Origin: Bacteroidales bacterium
GTDB taxonomy: Bacteria; Bacteroidota; Bacteroidia; Bacteroidales; UBA932
NCBI GenBank assembly: GCA_017453565.1
Contig: JAFTEQ010000072.1
Location: 5,720 to 69,719 of the forward strand
Reading direction: 5' to 3'
DNA: 64,000 nt
The translations under genes and the position numbers were made by a program. Position 1 is the first letter of the stretch, and the number at the start of each line of letters is the position of its first letter. A model generated the notes under the pieces. It ran no database searches. It had not been told where the DNA came from and worked only from the letters and a program-made list of their open reading frames with translations. This document shows positions 48,407 through 57,802 of the stretch, in pieces.

Positions 48407-49546
48407 ATGTACCATAGAATATTCGACATAGAGAACCGTTTGGATGAGGCAATGTTCCTCTTCGGCGGCCGTCAGACAGGGAAATCAACCCTTTTGAAGG
48501 AGCGCTTTCCCAAGGCGGTCTACTTTGACTTGTTGAAGTCCGACGTGAGAAATCGCTTCAGGCAGCATCCGGAGGAATTCCGGGAGAGTCTTCTGAGGTA
48601 TCCGCCCGAGACGCTCGTCATCGTTGACGAGATTCAGAAGGTCCCCGACCTCCTGGACGAAGTTCATTGGCTGATGGTTAACCGGGGCCTGTGGTTCATC
48701 CTCAGTGGATCAAGCGCCCGTAAGATCAAAAGGAGCGGAGCGAATAACCTGGGCGGGCGTGCTATTCCGGAGACATTGTATCCGTTGGTGAGTGCGGAAA
48801 TCCCGGACTTCGACCTTGAACGGGCGGTTCAGAACGGTATGATTCCCCGCCATTATATGGTAGCCAACGCCCGGAATCGTATGAGAGCTTATATCGACCT
48901 GTACCTGAAGGAGGAGATTATGGAGGAGTCGCTCGTGCAGAATGTCGACGAGTTCGTGCGTTTTATGGAGGTTGCCGCCATTATGGATGGGGAAATCCTC
49001 AATTACGAGAATGTGGCCGGTGATTGCGCAGTGTCCGCCAACACGGTAAAAGCATACTATAAGATCCTGGTCGATACGCTGCTTGGATTCGAAGTCCCTG
49101 CGTACAGGAAGGTCATTAAAAGGAAACTGTACAAATCTCCCCGGTTCTACTTTTTTGATGTAGGCATTGCCAACCATCTGACGGGGAGATACCATCTCGC
49201 CCCTAAGACGCCGGAGTACGGCCACGCCTTTGAACACCTCGTGATGCAGGAGATCGTGGCCTATTTGGGGTATACGAACAGCGATGAGGAATTGTCCTAC
49301 TGGCACACTTACGAAAACCTGGAGGTTGATGCCGTTGTCGGCGATGCCCGGGTCGCCATCGAAATCAAGTCGAAAGACCACATCGATCACGATGACAAGA
49401 AGGGTGTAACCGAATTTGCCAAGGAGCATCCGGACACAAAGCAGATTATTGTGTCCCGTGACCGTATCAGCCGCCGTAGTGGTGATGTGGATCTCTATTA
49501 TGTAACCGATTTCTTCAAAGCCCTCTGGGCCGGGGAAATCATCTAA
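48407..49546 (+). CDS. AAA_14 / DUF4143 family ATP-binding protein
   Basis: GGRQTGKST, IVDEIQK, SGSSARK, FYFFDVG, C-terminal EVDAV...AIEIK; alternative start at 48386; visibly more AT-rich than flanks. Confidence 0.88.
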   Translation: MYHRIFDIENRLDEAMFLFGGRQTGKSTLLKERFPKAVYFDLLKSDVRNRFRQHPEEFRESLLRYPPETLVIVDEIQKVPDLLDEVHWLMVNRGLWFILSGSSARKIKRSGANNLGGRAIPETLYPLVSAEIPDFDLERAVQNGMIPRHYMVANARNRMRAYIDLYLKEEIMEESLVQNVDEFVRFMEVAAIMDGEILNYENVAGDCAVSANTVKAYYKILVDTLLGFEVPAYRKVIKRKLYKSPRFYFFDVGIANHLTGRYHLAPKTPEYGHAFEHLVMQEIVAYLGYTNSDEELSYWHTYENLEVDAVVGDARVAIEIKSKDHIDHDDKKGVTEFAKEHPDTKQIIVSRDRISRRSGDVDLYYVTDFFKALWAGEII

Positions 49547-49563
49547 GTGCCTTAATAACGCCC

Positions 49564-49851
49564 CTACAGCTGCTTCAGCGCGCGGGCGAGCTGGTCGGGG
49601 CAACTGGTGCCGCGGCCTTTGCAGTCGATGCCTTCCAGTAGGGCGATGACTTCCTGCCTGCTGCGGCCCGCGCAGAGTGCGGCGACGCCCTGGGTGTTGC
49701 CGTGGCAGCCGCCGGTGTAGCGCACGCGGCGGACGATGTCGCCTTCGAGCTCGATGTCGATCTGCTGCGAGCAGACGGCGCCGCAGGTGCGGAACGAGGC
49801 CTTGCGCACGCCGTTCCAGCTGGTGTCGGAGATTTTGGTCACGTCGAACAT
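49564..49851 (-). CDS. TIGR03905 family TSCPD-domain protein
   Basis: VCSQQI, GGCHGN, GIDCKGRGTSCPDQLA; start MFDV at 49851. Confidence 0.9.
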   Translation of the reverse strand: MFDVTKISDTSWNGVRKASFRTCGAVCSQQIDIELEGDIVRRVRYTGGCHGNTQGVAALCAGRSRQEVIALLEGIDCKGRGTSCPDQLARALKQL

Positions 49852-49924
49852 AAAACTGCAGGATTGGTTGCTGCAAATATGCGAAAAAAACTGCATCTTT
49901 GCGTAAGACCAATCTGCCAACCCT

Positions 49925-52900
49925 ATGAAACGTATCGCCTGTCTCCTGTTTGCCGCCGTCGTCCTTGCTCTGCCGGCCCTTGCCGCGCCCTTCTCCCTGG
50001 TGAAAGGGAAAAGCGTGGGCAGGATCGTGCTCGCCCCCGACGAGCCGGCCTTCGTGGAACTGGCGGCGCGTGACCTGGCGGGCGATGTGGAACGCATCAC
50101 GGGGCGGCGCCTGGAAGTGCTGCGTGCCGCAAAGCCCAAAAGGGGAGACATTCTCCTTCAGACCCGTCCCGACGGCCGCTGGGAGGCCTATGAGGGCGTG
50201 GTGGAGCGGGGCGTGCTGCGCCTGAGCGGGTCCGATGCCCGGGGAACGATGTTCGCCGTCTACCATTTTACTGACGCCTTCCTGGGGGTTGACCCCCTGT
50301 GGTATTGGAACGATGCCGTCATTCCGCAGCGCTCCGAGCTTGTCTGGAAGGACGTCTCTTTCCGGCAGGACAGCCCGTCCGTGCGCTTCCGCGGCTGGTT
50401 CATCAACGACGAGGACCTGCTCACCGACTGGAAGATATCGAAAGGCATCCGCGACAACGGCTATCGCTATTATAAGACCGTCGTCGCGCCCGAAATCATG
50501 GAACGCATCGCAGAGGCGCTGGTGCGCTGCCGGATGAACCTGATCATCCCCGCGAGTTTCCTGAACGTGCTCAACCCTCCGGAGAAGGAACTCGCCGACA
50601 TCTGCGCCCGCCGCGGCGTCTATCTGTCCATGCACCATATCGAGCCCATGGGCGTGAGCGGTTATACCTTCTTCCAGTACTGGAGGGCCCGGGGAAAGGA
50701 ACTCAAGTACTCTTATTTCAGCGAGCCGAAGGCCGTTGAGGAGGTCTGGACCGCTGCTGCCCGTGTGTGGAAGGACTATCCGAACGTAATCTGGCAGCTG
50801 GGGATGCGGGGTGCGGGCGACCGTCCCATGTGGCGGGAAGACGCATCCATGCCGGAAGAGGATGCGTCCCGTGCGGCCATCATATCGAAGGCAATGAAGC
50901 GTCAGGTGGAGATCCTCGACGAGTTGGGCGTGCCCCGCGAGGGCCGGGAAATCTCTACCACCCTCTGGGGCGAGGGCGCCTGGTTCGCGGAGCGCGGACT
51001 GCTTGAGATCCCGGAAAACTGCACCGTGGTCTTTGCCGACAACAGCCCCGGCTGGGTGTGGCAGGAAGATATCCACAAGATGCCGCGCAGTCCGCGCAAC
51101 CGCTACGGGGTCTACTATCACCACGGCCTGATCGGCGCCGGTCCTCATCTGGCGCCGCTCGTGCCGGCCCGGAAGACCTGGGAGATGCTTTGCGAAGCCG
51201 CCCGGGCCGATGCCGGGCGCTATGCCATCTTCAATGTGGGCAATGTCCGTGAGTTTACCGGCGGACTCGACGCCACTGCCCGTATGCTGTGGGACCTGCC
51301 TGCTTTCAATCCCGAGAAGTGGATGCAGGATTGGACGCAGCGGCATTACGGCACCGCAGCTCCGGCGTGGGCCGAGGCTTATGCGCGCTATTTCGGTTCC
51401 TTGCAGATCCATCCGGAGAACAAGGTGCCTGCTTTCCTCGATGGTTTCCTGCAGCAGCGGATGCGCCGTGTCCTGGATGAACTGGAAACGGGCCGGCCGC
51501 CCAGGGAACGGAAACGCGACAGTTTCGACAAGGCCCTGCTCACGGCAACCTCCCTGCCGTTTCCGAGCCGGGAAGAAGAGTATGCTGCCCTTTGCCTGCA
51601 GCGCGACAGCCTGCGCCGTGCCCTCGACGACGTGGAGTCCCTTTACGGGCGTCTCCCTGAAGAGGAACGGCCTTTCGCCCTTGCCACGCTGGTGAATCCT
51701 GTGCGCCTGATGTTCGGCATGAGCGATGCATATGCGGAACTCCTGCAGGCGGCGATGCAGGGCCTTCCTTCCGGTCGCGCCCATCTGAACCGGGCCGCCC
51801 TGCGCCTGCGGGGTGTGGTGGCACTGAAGGACGAATACTGCATCGGGAAGTGGGAGAACTGGTGGCGCGGCTGCCTGAAAGTGAATCCCGACGCCCTCTG
51901 CAAGCGGGTGGAAAAACTGCTTGGCGGTCCCGACTACAGCGCCCTCACGGCGGAGAATCATCCGCGCCTTTTCCTTTCCGACGCCGACCTTCTGAAACTC
52001 CGCGCCGACCTTGCCTCGGGTGCGAACCCCCAGCTCACGGCCCTGCACGGCCAGATGATGCAGGCGGCGAAGCGCTTCGGCCTGGAAAAGAAGCCCCTCT
52101 CGTACGACCCCGCCACCTCCAAGCAGACGCTGCTGCCCACCATCCGCCGCGCCATGCAGCGCATTGTGAGCGCCGCCTATGCCTGGCGCTTTACGGGGGA
52201 AAAGAAGTATCTGGAGCACGCTGTGGCGGACATCAACTGCGTGTGCGACAACATCGTGGCCTGGAATTCCCAGTATTTCCTGGAGTCGGCCGAGATGGCC
52301 CTCACCCTGGGTATCGCCTACGACTGGCTCCTGCCTCAGCTTGATGAGGCCACCCGCGAGAAACTGCTCACAACCCTGCGGACGCAGGTGTTTGACCTCA
52401 CCCTCGACCCCAAGAAAGGCTTTTTCTACCGGGCGAGCCACAACTGGAACCACGTGTGCAACGCGGGCATCAGCTGCGCGGCGCTCGCCACCTGGGAATG
52501 TCATCCCGAGCGGGCCAGGGAGCTGGTAGAAAAGAGCGTGGCCTCCAATCCGCTGGGGATGAAGGGCGTGTATGCGCCCGACGGGGCCTCGCCCGAGGGG
52601 CCCGGCTACTGGGCCTATGCCAGCTCCTTCGAGGGCATGATGCTGATGGCCTTCGAGGACCTGCTGGGGACCGATTTCGGCCTCTCGGCGAGCCAGGGCT
52701 TCGAAAAGAGCGGCTGGTTCCGGGTGTTCGCCTTCGGCAATACGGGCTTGAACTACAACTATGCCGACTGCGGCCTCAAGGCGGAGTCCTGCTCGGCCCT
52801 TTGGTACTGCGCCTGGCGTTTCGGCCGGCCCGGCCTGGTTTATACCCAGCTGCCTTCGCTGGAGCGGGGCGGCTACGTGTCGGACCGTACGCTCTTCCTT

Positions 52901-53734
52901 TCGCTGGTGAGCGCGCTGCGGATGGGCGCCGTGCAGCCGTCGGAGCCGCGTGAGCGGGTGTTCAGCGCCCAGGGCGAGGTGCCCGTTGCGATGATCCGTT
53001 CAGGTTGGAAGAAGGACGACGCCTATCTGGGCATCAAGGGCGGAACGGCCACGGTGAACCACGCTCATATGGACGTGGGCTCCTTCGTCTTCGAGTGGGG
53101 CGGGGTGCGCTGGGCCTCCGAATACCCGGTGGCGAGCTACAACCTCTACCGGGGCGTGCTGCGCAAGCTCGGCATCGACGCCGGAAAACTCTTCCAATAT
53201 CAGCAGGATTCGCCGCGTTGGATGTTCTTCCCCTACCGGAATCACCATCATTCCACCCTGGTGGTGGACGATGCGCTGATGGACGTGAAGGGCCGGGGCG
53301 AACTGCTGGGGACCTTCGAGCGGGAAGGGGAGTGCGGTGCTACCGTCGATATGACCACCATGTTCGGGGGCGCTCTCTCGCGCGCCGTACGCAGCGCCTC
53401 CATCGTGAACGGGCGTTCGCTCAAGGTGGTGGACGAACTTGCCGCGCCGGCAGGCGCCGACAGAAAGATCCGCTGGAACCTGGTGACGGGGGCCGATTTC
53501 GAGATCCGGCCCGACGGGATTGTGTTGCGTAAGGACGGCCGCAGCATGCGCCTGAAGGCGGAGGGCGCACGCGTGCATTACCGGCGTTTCCCCTCGGCGC
53601 CCTCTGAGGAGAATCTGCCGGTGAGTGCGATGGAACCCGCGTCTAATCCACTGCTGACCGTGCTGGGCTTCGAATTCACCCTCCCTGCCGGGCAGGAACT
53701 GCGTCTGCAGACTACACTGGAACCGATTGAATAA
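49925..53734 (+). CDS. Secreted fusion: GH115-like N-terminal module plus heparinase II/III-like lyase (1269 aa)
   Basis: GSDARGTMFAVY...LGVDP, PSVRFRGWFINDED; then HPRLFL, NWNHVCNAG, PEGPGYW, HAHMDVGSFV. Confidence 0.78.
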   Translation: MKRIACLLFAAVVLALPALAAPFSLVKGKSVGRIVLAPDEPAFVELAARDLAGDVERITGRRLEVLRAAKPKRGDILLQTRPDGRWEAYEGVVERGVLRLSGSDARGTMFAVYHFTDAFLGVDPLWYWNDAVIPQRSELVWKDVSFRQDSPSVRFRGWFINDEDLLTDWKISKGIRDNGYRYYKTVVAPEIMERIAEALVRCRMNLIIPASFLNVLNPPEKELADICARRGVYLSMHHIEPMGVSGYTFFQYWRARGKELKYSYFSEPKAVEEVWTAAARVWKDYPNVIWQLGMRGAGDRPMWREDASMPEEDASRAAIISKAMKRQVEILDELGVPREGREISTTLWGEGAWFAERGLLEIPENCTVVFADNSPGWVWQEDIHKMPRSPRNRYGVYYHHGLIGAGPHLAPLVPARKTWEMLCEAARADAGRYAIFNVGNVREFTGGLDATARMLWDLPAFNPEKWMQDWTQRHYGTAAPAWAEAYARYFGSLQIHPENKVPAFLDGFLQQRMRRVLDELETGRPPRERKRDSFDKALLTATSLPFPSREEEYAALCLQRDSLRRALDDVESLYGRLPEEERPFALATLVNPVRLMFGMSDAYAELLQAAMQGLPSGRAHLNRAALRLRGVVALKDEYCIGKWENWWRGCLKVNPDALCKRVEKLLGGPDYSALTAENHPRLFLSDADLLKLRADLASGANPQLTALHGQMMQAAKRFGLEKKPLSYDPATSKQTLLPTIRRAMQRIVSAAYAWRFTGEKKYLEHAVADINCVCDNIVAWNSQYFLESAEMALTLGIAYDWLLPQLDEATREKLLTTLRTQVFDLTLDPKKGFFYRASHNWNHVCNAGISCAALATWECHPERARELVEKSVASNPLGMKGVYAPDGASPEGPGYWAYASSFEGMMLMAFEDLLGTDFGLSASQGFEKSGWFRVFAFGNTGLNYNYADCGLKAESCSALWYCAWRFGRPGLVYTQLPSLERGGYVSDRTLFLSLVSALRMGAVQPSEPRERVFSAQGEVPVAMIRSGWKKDDAYLGIKGGTATVNHAHMDVGSFVFEWGGVRWASEYPVASYNLYRGVLRKLGIDAGKLFQYQQDSPRWMFFPYRNHHHSTLVVDDALMDVKGRGELLGTFEREGECGATVDMTTMFGGALSRAVRSASIVNGRSLKVVDELAAPAGADRKIRWNLVTGADFEIRPDGIVLRKDGRSMRLKAEGARVHYRRFPSAPSEENLPVSAMEPASNPLLTVLGFEFTLPAGQELRLQTTLEPIE

Positions 53735-53748
53735 TAATGAATAGCAAT

Positions 53749-54471
53749 ATGAAGAAGTGTCTATTTTTGGTGGTCCTGTCCCTGTGGGGTCTGGCCGCGG
53801 CGGCGCAGGAAAGCGAGCCGCAGATGTATCTGGAGGAGGGGCAGTTGCCCGATGCCGTGTATTGGCTGCCGGCGCCGCCCGCGCCCGGGTCTACGCAGTT
53901 CCTGTACGACATTTCCCAGTATTTCTGGGGGAAGGACCGGCGGCTCGACCCGGCCCGCGCTGAGAAGGCTGTGCGGGAGGCGGTCTATGCCGTAGATCCT
54001 ATGCTGGAACAGTTCAGCGTGGCTTTCGGCCTGGAGGTCTCGCCCCAAAAGACACCAGCCATCTACAGGGTGGTGAGCAAGGCGGTGCATACCATCCGTC
54101 TGAGCGCCACCAAACCCAAGGCCGCCTATATGCGCACACGTCCCTATGTCTATTTCGACGAGCCCACGCTGGTGCCGAAAGACGAGGCGGACCTGCGCAC
54201 CAACGGCTCCTACCCGTCGGGTCATACCGTACGCGGCTGGGGTATGGCCCTTCTTTTCTGCGAAATCAATCCCGAGGCGCAGGATGAACTCTTCAAACTG
54301 GGGTATGAGTGGGGACAGAGCCGTGTGATTGCGGGTTTCCACTGGCAGAGCGACGTGGATGCGGCACGACTGCTGGCTTCTGCCGCCTATGCGCGGCTGC
54401 ATGCCTGTCCGGAGTTCCTTGACGACATGGCCGCCGCCCGGAAGGAATTCCGGCGGCTCAAAGCCCGTTAG
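53749..54471 (+). CDS. PAP2 family (class A) acid phosphatase
   Basis: Signal peptide; K...RTRP, SYPSGHT, SRVIAGFHWQSDV; alternative start at 53737. Confidence 0.9.
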   Translation: MKKCLFLVVLSLWGLAAAAQESEPQMYLEEGQLPDAVYWLPAPPAPGSTQFLYDISQYFWGKDRRLDPARAEKAVREAVYAVDPMLEQFSVAFGLEVSPQKTPAIYRVVSKAVHTIRLSATKPKAAYMRTRPYVYFDEPTLVPKDEADLRTNGSYPSGHTVRGWGMALLFCEINPEAQDELFKLGYEWGQSRVIAGFHWQSDVDAARLLASAAYARLHACPEFLDDMAAARKEFRRLKAR

Positions 54472-54481
54472 GCGCGGCCGT

Positions 54482-55366
54482 TCAGCCGATCAACAGTAAA
54501 GAGAAGGAGAGCAGCAGGGCCAGGACGGCCTTGATGCATTTGATGCGGAAAAAAGCGCGGCCGCTCTGCGCCAGCAGAGGCAGGCCGGCATGGCCGTCCT
54601 GCGTGATGCTGCTTGCCAGCAGCACCGGCAGCGGAAGGACCCCTTCCGCGAACAGGGTCACGAAGATCATGTGGGGCCCCGACTGGGGGATGAAGCCCAC
54701 GGCGGTGGCGAGCAGGATCATAAGGGCGGTGTTCCGGCCCATCCAGGCCTGCAGGTCTATAAAGTGTTCGGCCACGGCCACCACGGCCATCACGCCAAAC
54801 GTCCAGAGAAAGATTTTGCCCGCGTGGGGCAGCAGGTGCCGCAGATGGGCGGCCAGTCCGGCGTGGGCGGCGTGACCCGACGGGACGGCGCCGCTTGCGG
54901 GTTCAGAATCAGCGGAATGGAGCGTCGCCTCAGAGGGTGCTGTTCTCGCTCCGGAGTCGCCCGCTGCGGGACTTTTTGCTTCTGAGCCGCCCCGAAGGCG
55001 GTCCCAGACAAAGCCCAGCAGGATGCCGCCGGCAAAGAGCCCGGCGAAAAGCCAGAGGGCGGTGACGGGGAAGCGGGCCAGCATCAGGAAGGCCTCGTCG
55101 CCGGTGGTGGCTACGAAACAGGCGAGCAGGGCGCCGAACGACAGGACGCCTTCCGAATAGAGCGACACGCCCACATAGCCGCCAATGCAGCCGGGCGTGG
55201 CGCCCAGGCCCGCGCCGAGCAGCAACTGCCCGGCGCGGGACCGGCGCAGGGCCGTCACGAGACGGCCCCGACCGGAGAAGTCGAGGGCTTCTACCAGTGC
55301 CATCAAGGCGGTCACCACCAAAGTGATGACCGCCGCTTCCTTAAATATGTCCCAGAGTTCGGTCAA
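54482..55366 (-). CDS. Putative metal (manganese/arsenic-efflux-like) permease
   Basis: Duplicated motifs LGATPGCIG...TGDEAF and VGFIPQSGPH...QDGHAGLPL; His-rich loop; TTG start. Confidence 0.7.
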   Translation of the reverse strand: MTELWDIFKEAAVITLVVTALMALVEALDFSGRGRLVTALRRSRAGQLLLGAGLGATPGCIGGYVGVSLYSEGVLSFGALLACFVATTGDEAFLMLARFPVTALWLFAGLFAGGILLGFVWDRLRGGSEAKSPAAGDSGARTAPSEATLHSADSEPASGAVPSGHAAHAGLAAHLRHLLPHAGKIFLWTFGVMAVVAVAEHFIDLQAWMGRNTALMILLATAVGFIPQSGPHMIFVTLFAEGVLPLPVLLASSITQDGHAGLPLLAQSGRAFFRIKCIKAVLALLLSFSLLLIG

Positions 55367-55369
55367 GGA

Positions 55370-56215
55370 TTACTTCTTTTCGGCATCCTTGATGCAACGC
55401 ACCTGGACCTTGGTCTTGTTGTTGGTGATGTAGCCCAGGGTTACCCGTCCTTCGGGATAGGTGCCGAGGTTGAACGTGGTCTGCATACCAAACATCTGAA
55501 CGCCGTTCTTGGGTTTGTAACCGGTGGAGGTGACGATGAAATTGAACGGGCTGCAGTAATTGTAGAGGCTCTCCACGGTGGTGGTCAGGCTCGAGAGCGG
55601 AATGGTGCCGAATTTACCGGCCATGGCATAGCCCGACAACGGATAGTTGAAGACCTTAATCATTTCGCTGTAGCGGGCTCCTTTGTAGTCCTTGTCATAG
55701 AACAGGGCGGACTCGTCCGTGACAGCAGACTGTCCCTGAGCCAGGGCATTGGAGTAGCCCACGAGGGCCAGGCACTCGGCGTGCGTGGGGATGTGCCAGC
55801 CTTTGGGGCAGATGCCCTGAATGCCCTCGAGTTTGTCGTAGTTCTCTTCGGTAATGTCCGCGCCGAAGATGGTTTTGAAGTCGTAGAGGTAGCCGAGTTC
55901 CTTGATGGCGGCCTCGCTCTTGGCGAGGTCGTACTCATAGCTCTTGACTTTGTTGTCCTCAATCACCACATTCTTGAACTTGTAGGCGTAGCAGATGCCC
56001 TCGGAAGTGGGATCTTCGCTCACCGTAGCATCTTTGGGGAGGTAGCGCAGCGGCTCGGCCATCCAGGTCTGTCCGTTGTCGAGGGTGACGGTCTTGTACT
56101 TCACGCCGCCGTACTCGACGATGTCCTTTTCGGCTTCGTCACCGTCGTTGTCTTTTTTGTCGCAGGCCGCAATAGTCAGGAGCGCGGCCGCCATAAGAAA
56201 GAGATACTTTTTCAT
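55370..56215 (-). CDS. FISUMP (Fib_succ_major) domain lipoprotein
   Basis: Lipobox IAAC; YKTV...QTWMAEPL, GYLY, QGICPKGWHIPT, VRCIK. Confidence 0.88.
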   Translation of the reverse strand: MKKYLFLMAAALLTIAACDKKDNDGDEAEKDIVEYGGVKYKTVTLDNGQTWMAEPLRYLPKDATVSEDPTSEGICYAYKFKNVVIEDNKVKSYEYDLAKSEAAIKELGYLYDFKTIFGADITEENYDKLEGIQGICPKGWHIPTHAECLALVGYSNALAQGQSAVTDESALFYDKDYKGARYSEMIKVFNYPLSGYAMAGKFGTIPLSSLTTTVESLYNYCSPFNFIVTSTGYKPKNGVQMFGMQTTFNLGTYPEGRVTLGYITNNKTKVQVRCIKDAEKK

Positions 56216-56245
56216 AATGGTTTGATTTATTGGTTGTTGTAATAA

Positions 56246-57802
56246 TTAAAAGTCATATCCTAAACTCAGCCCTCCGCTGTAGCGCGCGCTGCCTTCGCAA
56301 TACTGCACCCCGAAAGCCTGCAGGAAGCGTCCCGACAGGGCGGCCCAGAGGCCGTGGCCCAGTTCGCGGCGAGCCCCGGCGGAAACGCCCGTGCGGAAGG
56401 CGGAAGCAAATTCGTTGCAAATATAGTAATCTTTCCGGTCCAGCCGATACGGACGGGCCGTGGTGGCCGTAACCTCCGCTCCGGGGTAGTGCCCTTCCTC
56501 TTCAGAAACGCTGCCCGTGGCGAGCATCAGGCCGGCCTGCAACGACCAGCGCCCGAGCCGCCGGAGGGCCCCGCCTTCGAGACGGATGCGTGCAACGGTC
56601 CTGCGGTAGAGCCAGGGATAGAGGGGGGCGGCCACCACATCGTCCAGACCGAACTGCAGGCCGGCCCGGTAATCCCACGCCTGGCCGAGGCGTTCGTATT
56701 CGGCGGCCAGGGCGGAAAGGCTGCGCGTCTGGATGCGGTTGGCTCCATACTCGCGGGTGAGGGTGATGCCGTGCGCGCTTTCCTTGCCCAGTACGGTGCG
56801 CAGGACCTTCTGCCGCTGCCAGGAGGCGTTCAGGCGCAGGGTCTGCTGCGCTCCGCCGGAAGCGGGAAGCCGGTAGAAGAGATGCGTTTCCAGTCCCAAT
56901 GTCGGACTCCGGTACCAGATGGTCTGTTTCTCACCCACGCGGAGTAGCGAGGTATTCAGAGCCAGGTCGGCATACCAGCGGCCCCGCTGCGCCTGCAGGG
57001 ACAATCCGCCCAGATTCTCCTGGAAGGGAAGGCCACTCACGCCCGGTTCCGACAGATGCGTGCCGCTGCCCGTCCAAACTTCCAGATTGCCCAGCTTAGC
57101 GCCCTCGTCGAAGAAGGCAGATGGGGGCGTCTGAGCCGTACCGATCTGCTCGGCGTTCACCGTCTCCGCCCTGCGGGCATAGCGCAGATTGGCGCCCAGC
57201 ACGGTTCCGTTTTCAAGGATGTGCTGCACGCCGGGCCGGAAATCGAGGTCGAGCCGGGCCGAGGCGTAACGCAGGTTCTTGCGTTTGGCGGCATTGCGGG
57301 CGCTGTAGTCGAGCACGCTCCCCAGGCGCCAGCGCGGATTAAGGTCGAGCGAAAGCCCGCCCGTGAAGGCGTAGCGCTGGAAACTCTTGCGGCCCGGGGT
57401 GAATTCCTGCACGTCGAGCGGCCAGGCGCCGGGCTCCAGGAGCATCGATCCGCACATACCGTCGGCTTCGCTGCTTTCGTAGGCGAAGTTTCCCACCATA
57501 GACCAGTGTTCGCGGTGCATCACGGAAGCCGCTTCCGCTCCGGCGGACCAGAGCCGCTGCGCCTCCCAGCTATCGCGGAATCCTCCGCCTTCAGCCCCGC
57601 CCGAAAGCAGGGCGCGGGAACGCGAGAGGCTGTCGCAGCGCAGCCCTGCCACATTGGGCCCGTCGTTCCAGGGGTTGCGGCGAAGGAGCTGCTCGTAACG
57701 GTCCGACACAGGTCCCTGCGCCGCCGCGGTGAAGCACCACGCCGGAAGAAGAAGCGCCAGGAGCGCCCTTCTAATCGTGCAGGGACTGTTGTTCCGTTTC
57801 AT
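56246..57802 (-). CDS. Outer membrane beta-barrel protein (DUF6850-like)
   Basis: Signal peptide, amphipathic strands, terminal LSLGYDF; position after DUF4876; start at 57802. Confidence 0.65.
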   Translation of the reverse strand: MKRNNSPCTIRRALLALLLPAWCFTAAAQGPVSDRYEQLLRRNPWNDGPNVAGLRCDSLSRSRALLSGGAEGGGFRDSWEAQRLWSAGAEAASVMHREHWSMVGNFAYESSEADGMCGSMLLEPGAWPLDVQEFTPGRKSFQRYAFTGGLSLDLNPRWRLGSVLDYSARNAAKRKNLRYASARLDLDFRPGVQHILENGTVLGANLRYARRAETVNAEQIGTAQTPPSAFFDEGAKLGNLEVWTGSGTHLSEPGVSGLPFQENLGGLSLQAQRGRWYADLALNTSLLRVGEKQTIWYRSPTLGLETHLFYRLPASGGAQQTLRLNASWQRQKVLRTVLGKESAHGITLTREYGANRIQTRSLSALAAEYERLGQAWDYRAGLQFGLDDVVAAPLYPWLYRRTVARIRLEGGALRRLGRWSLQAGLMLATGSVSEEEGHYPGAEVTATTARPYRLDRKDYYICNEFASAFRTGVSAGARRELGHGLWAALSGRFLQAFGVQYCEGSARYSGGLSLGYDF

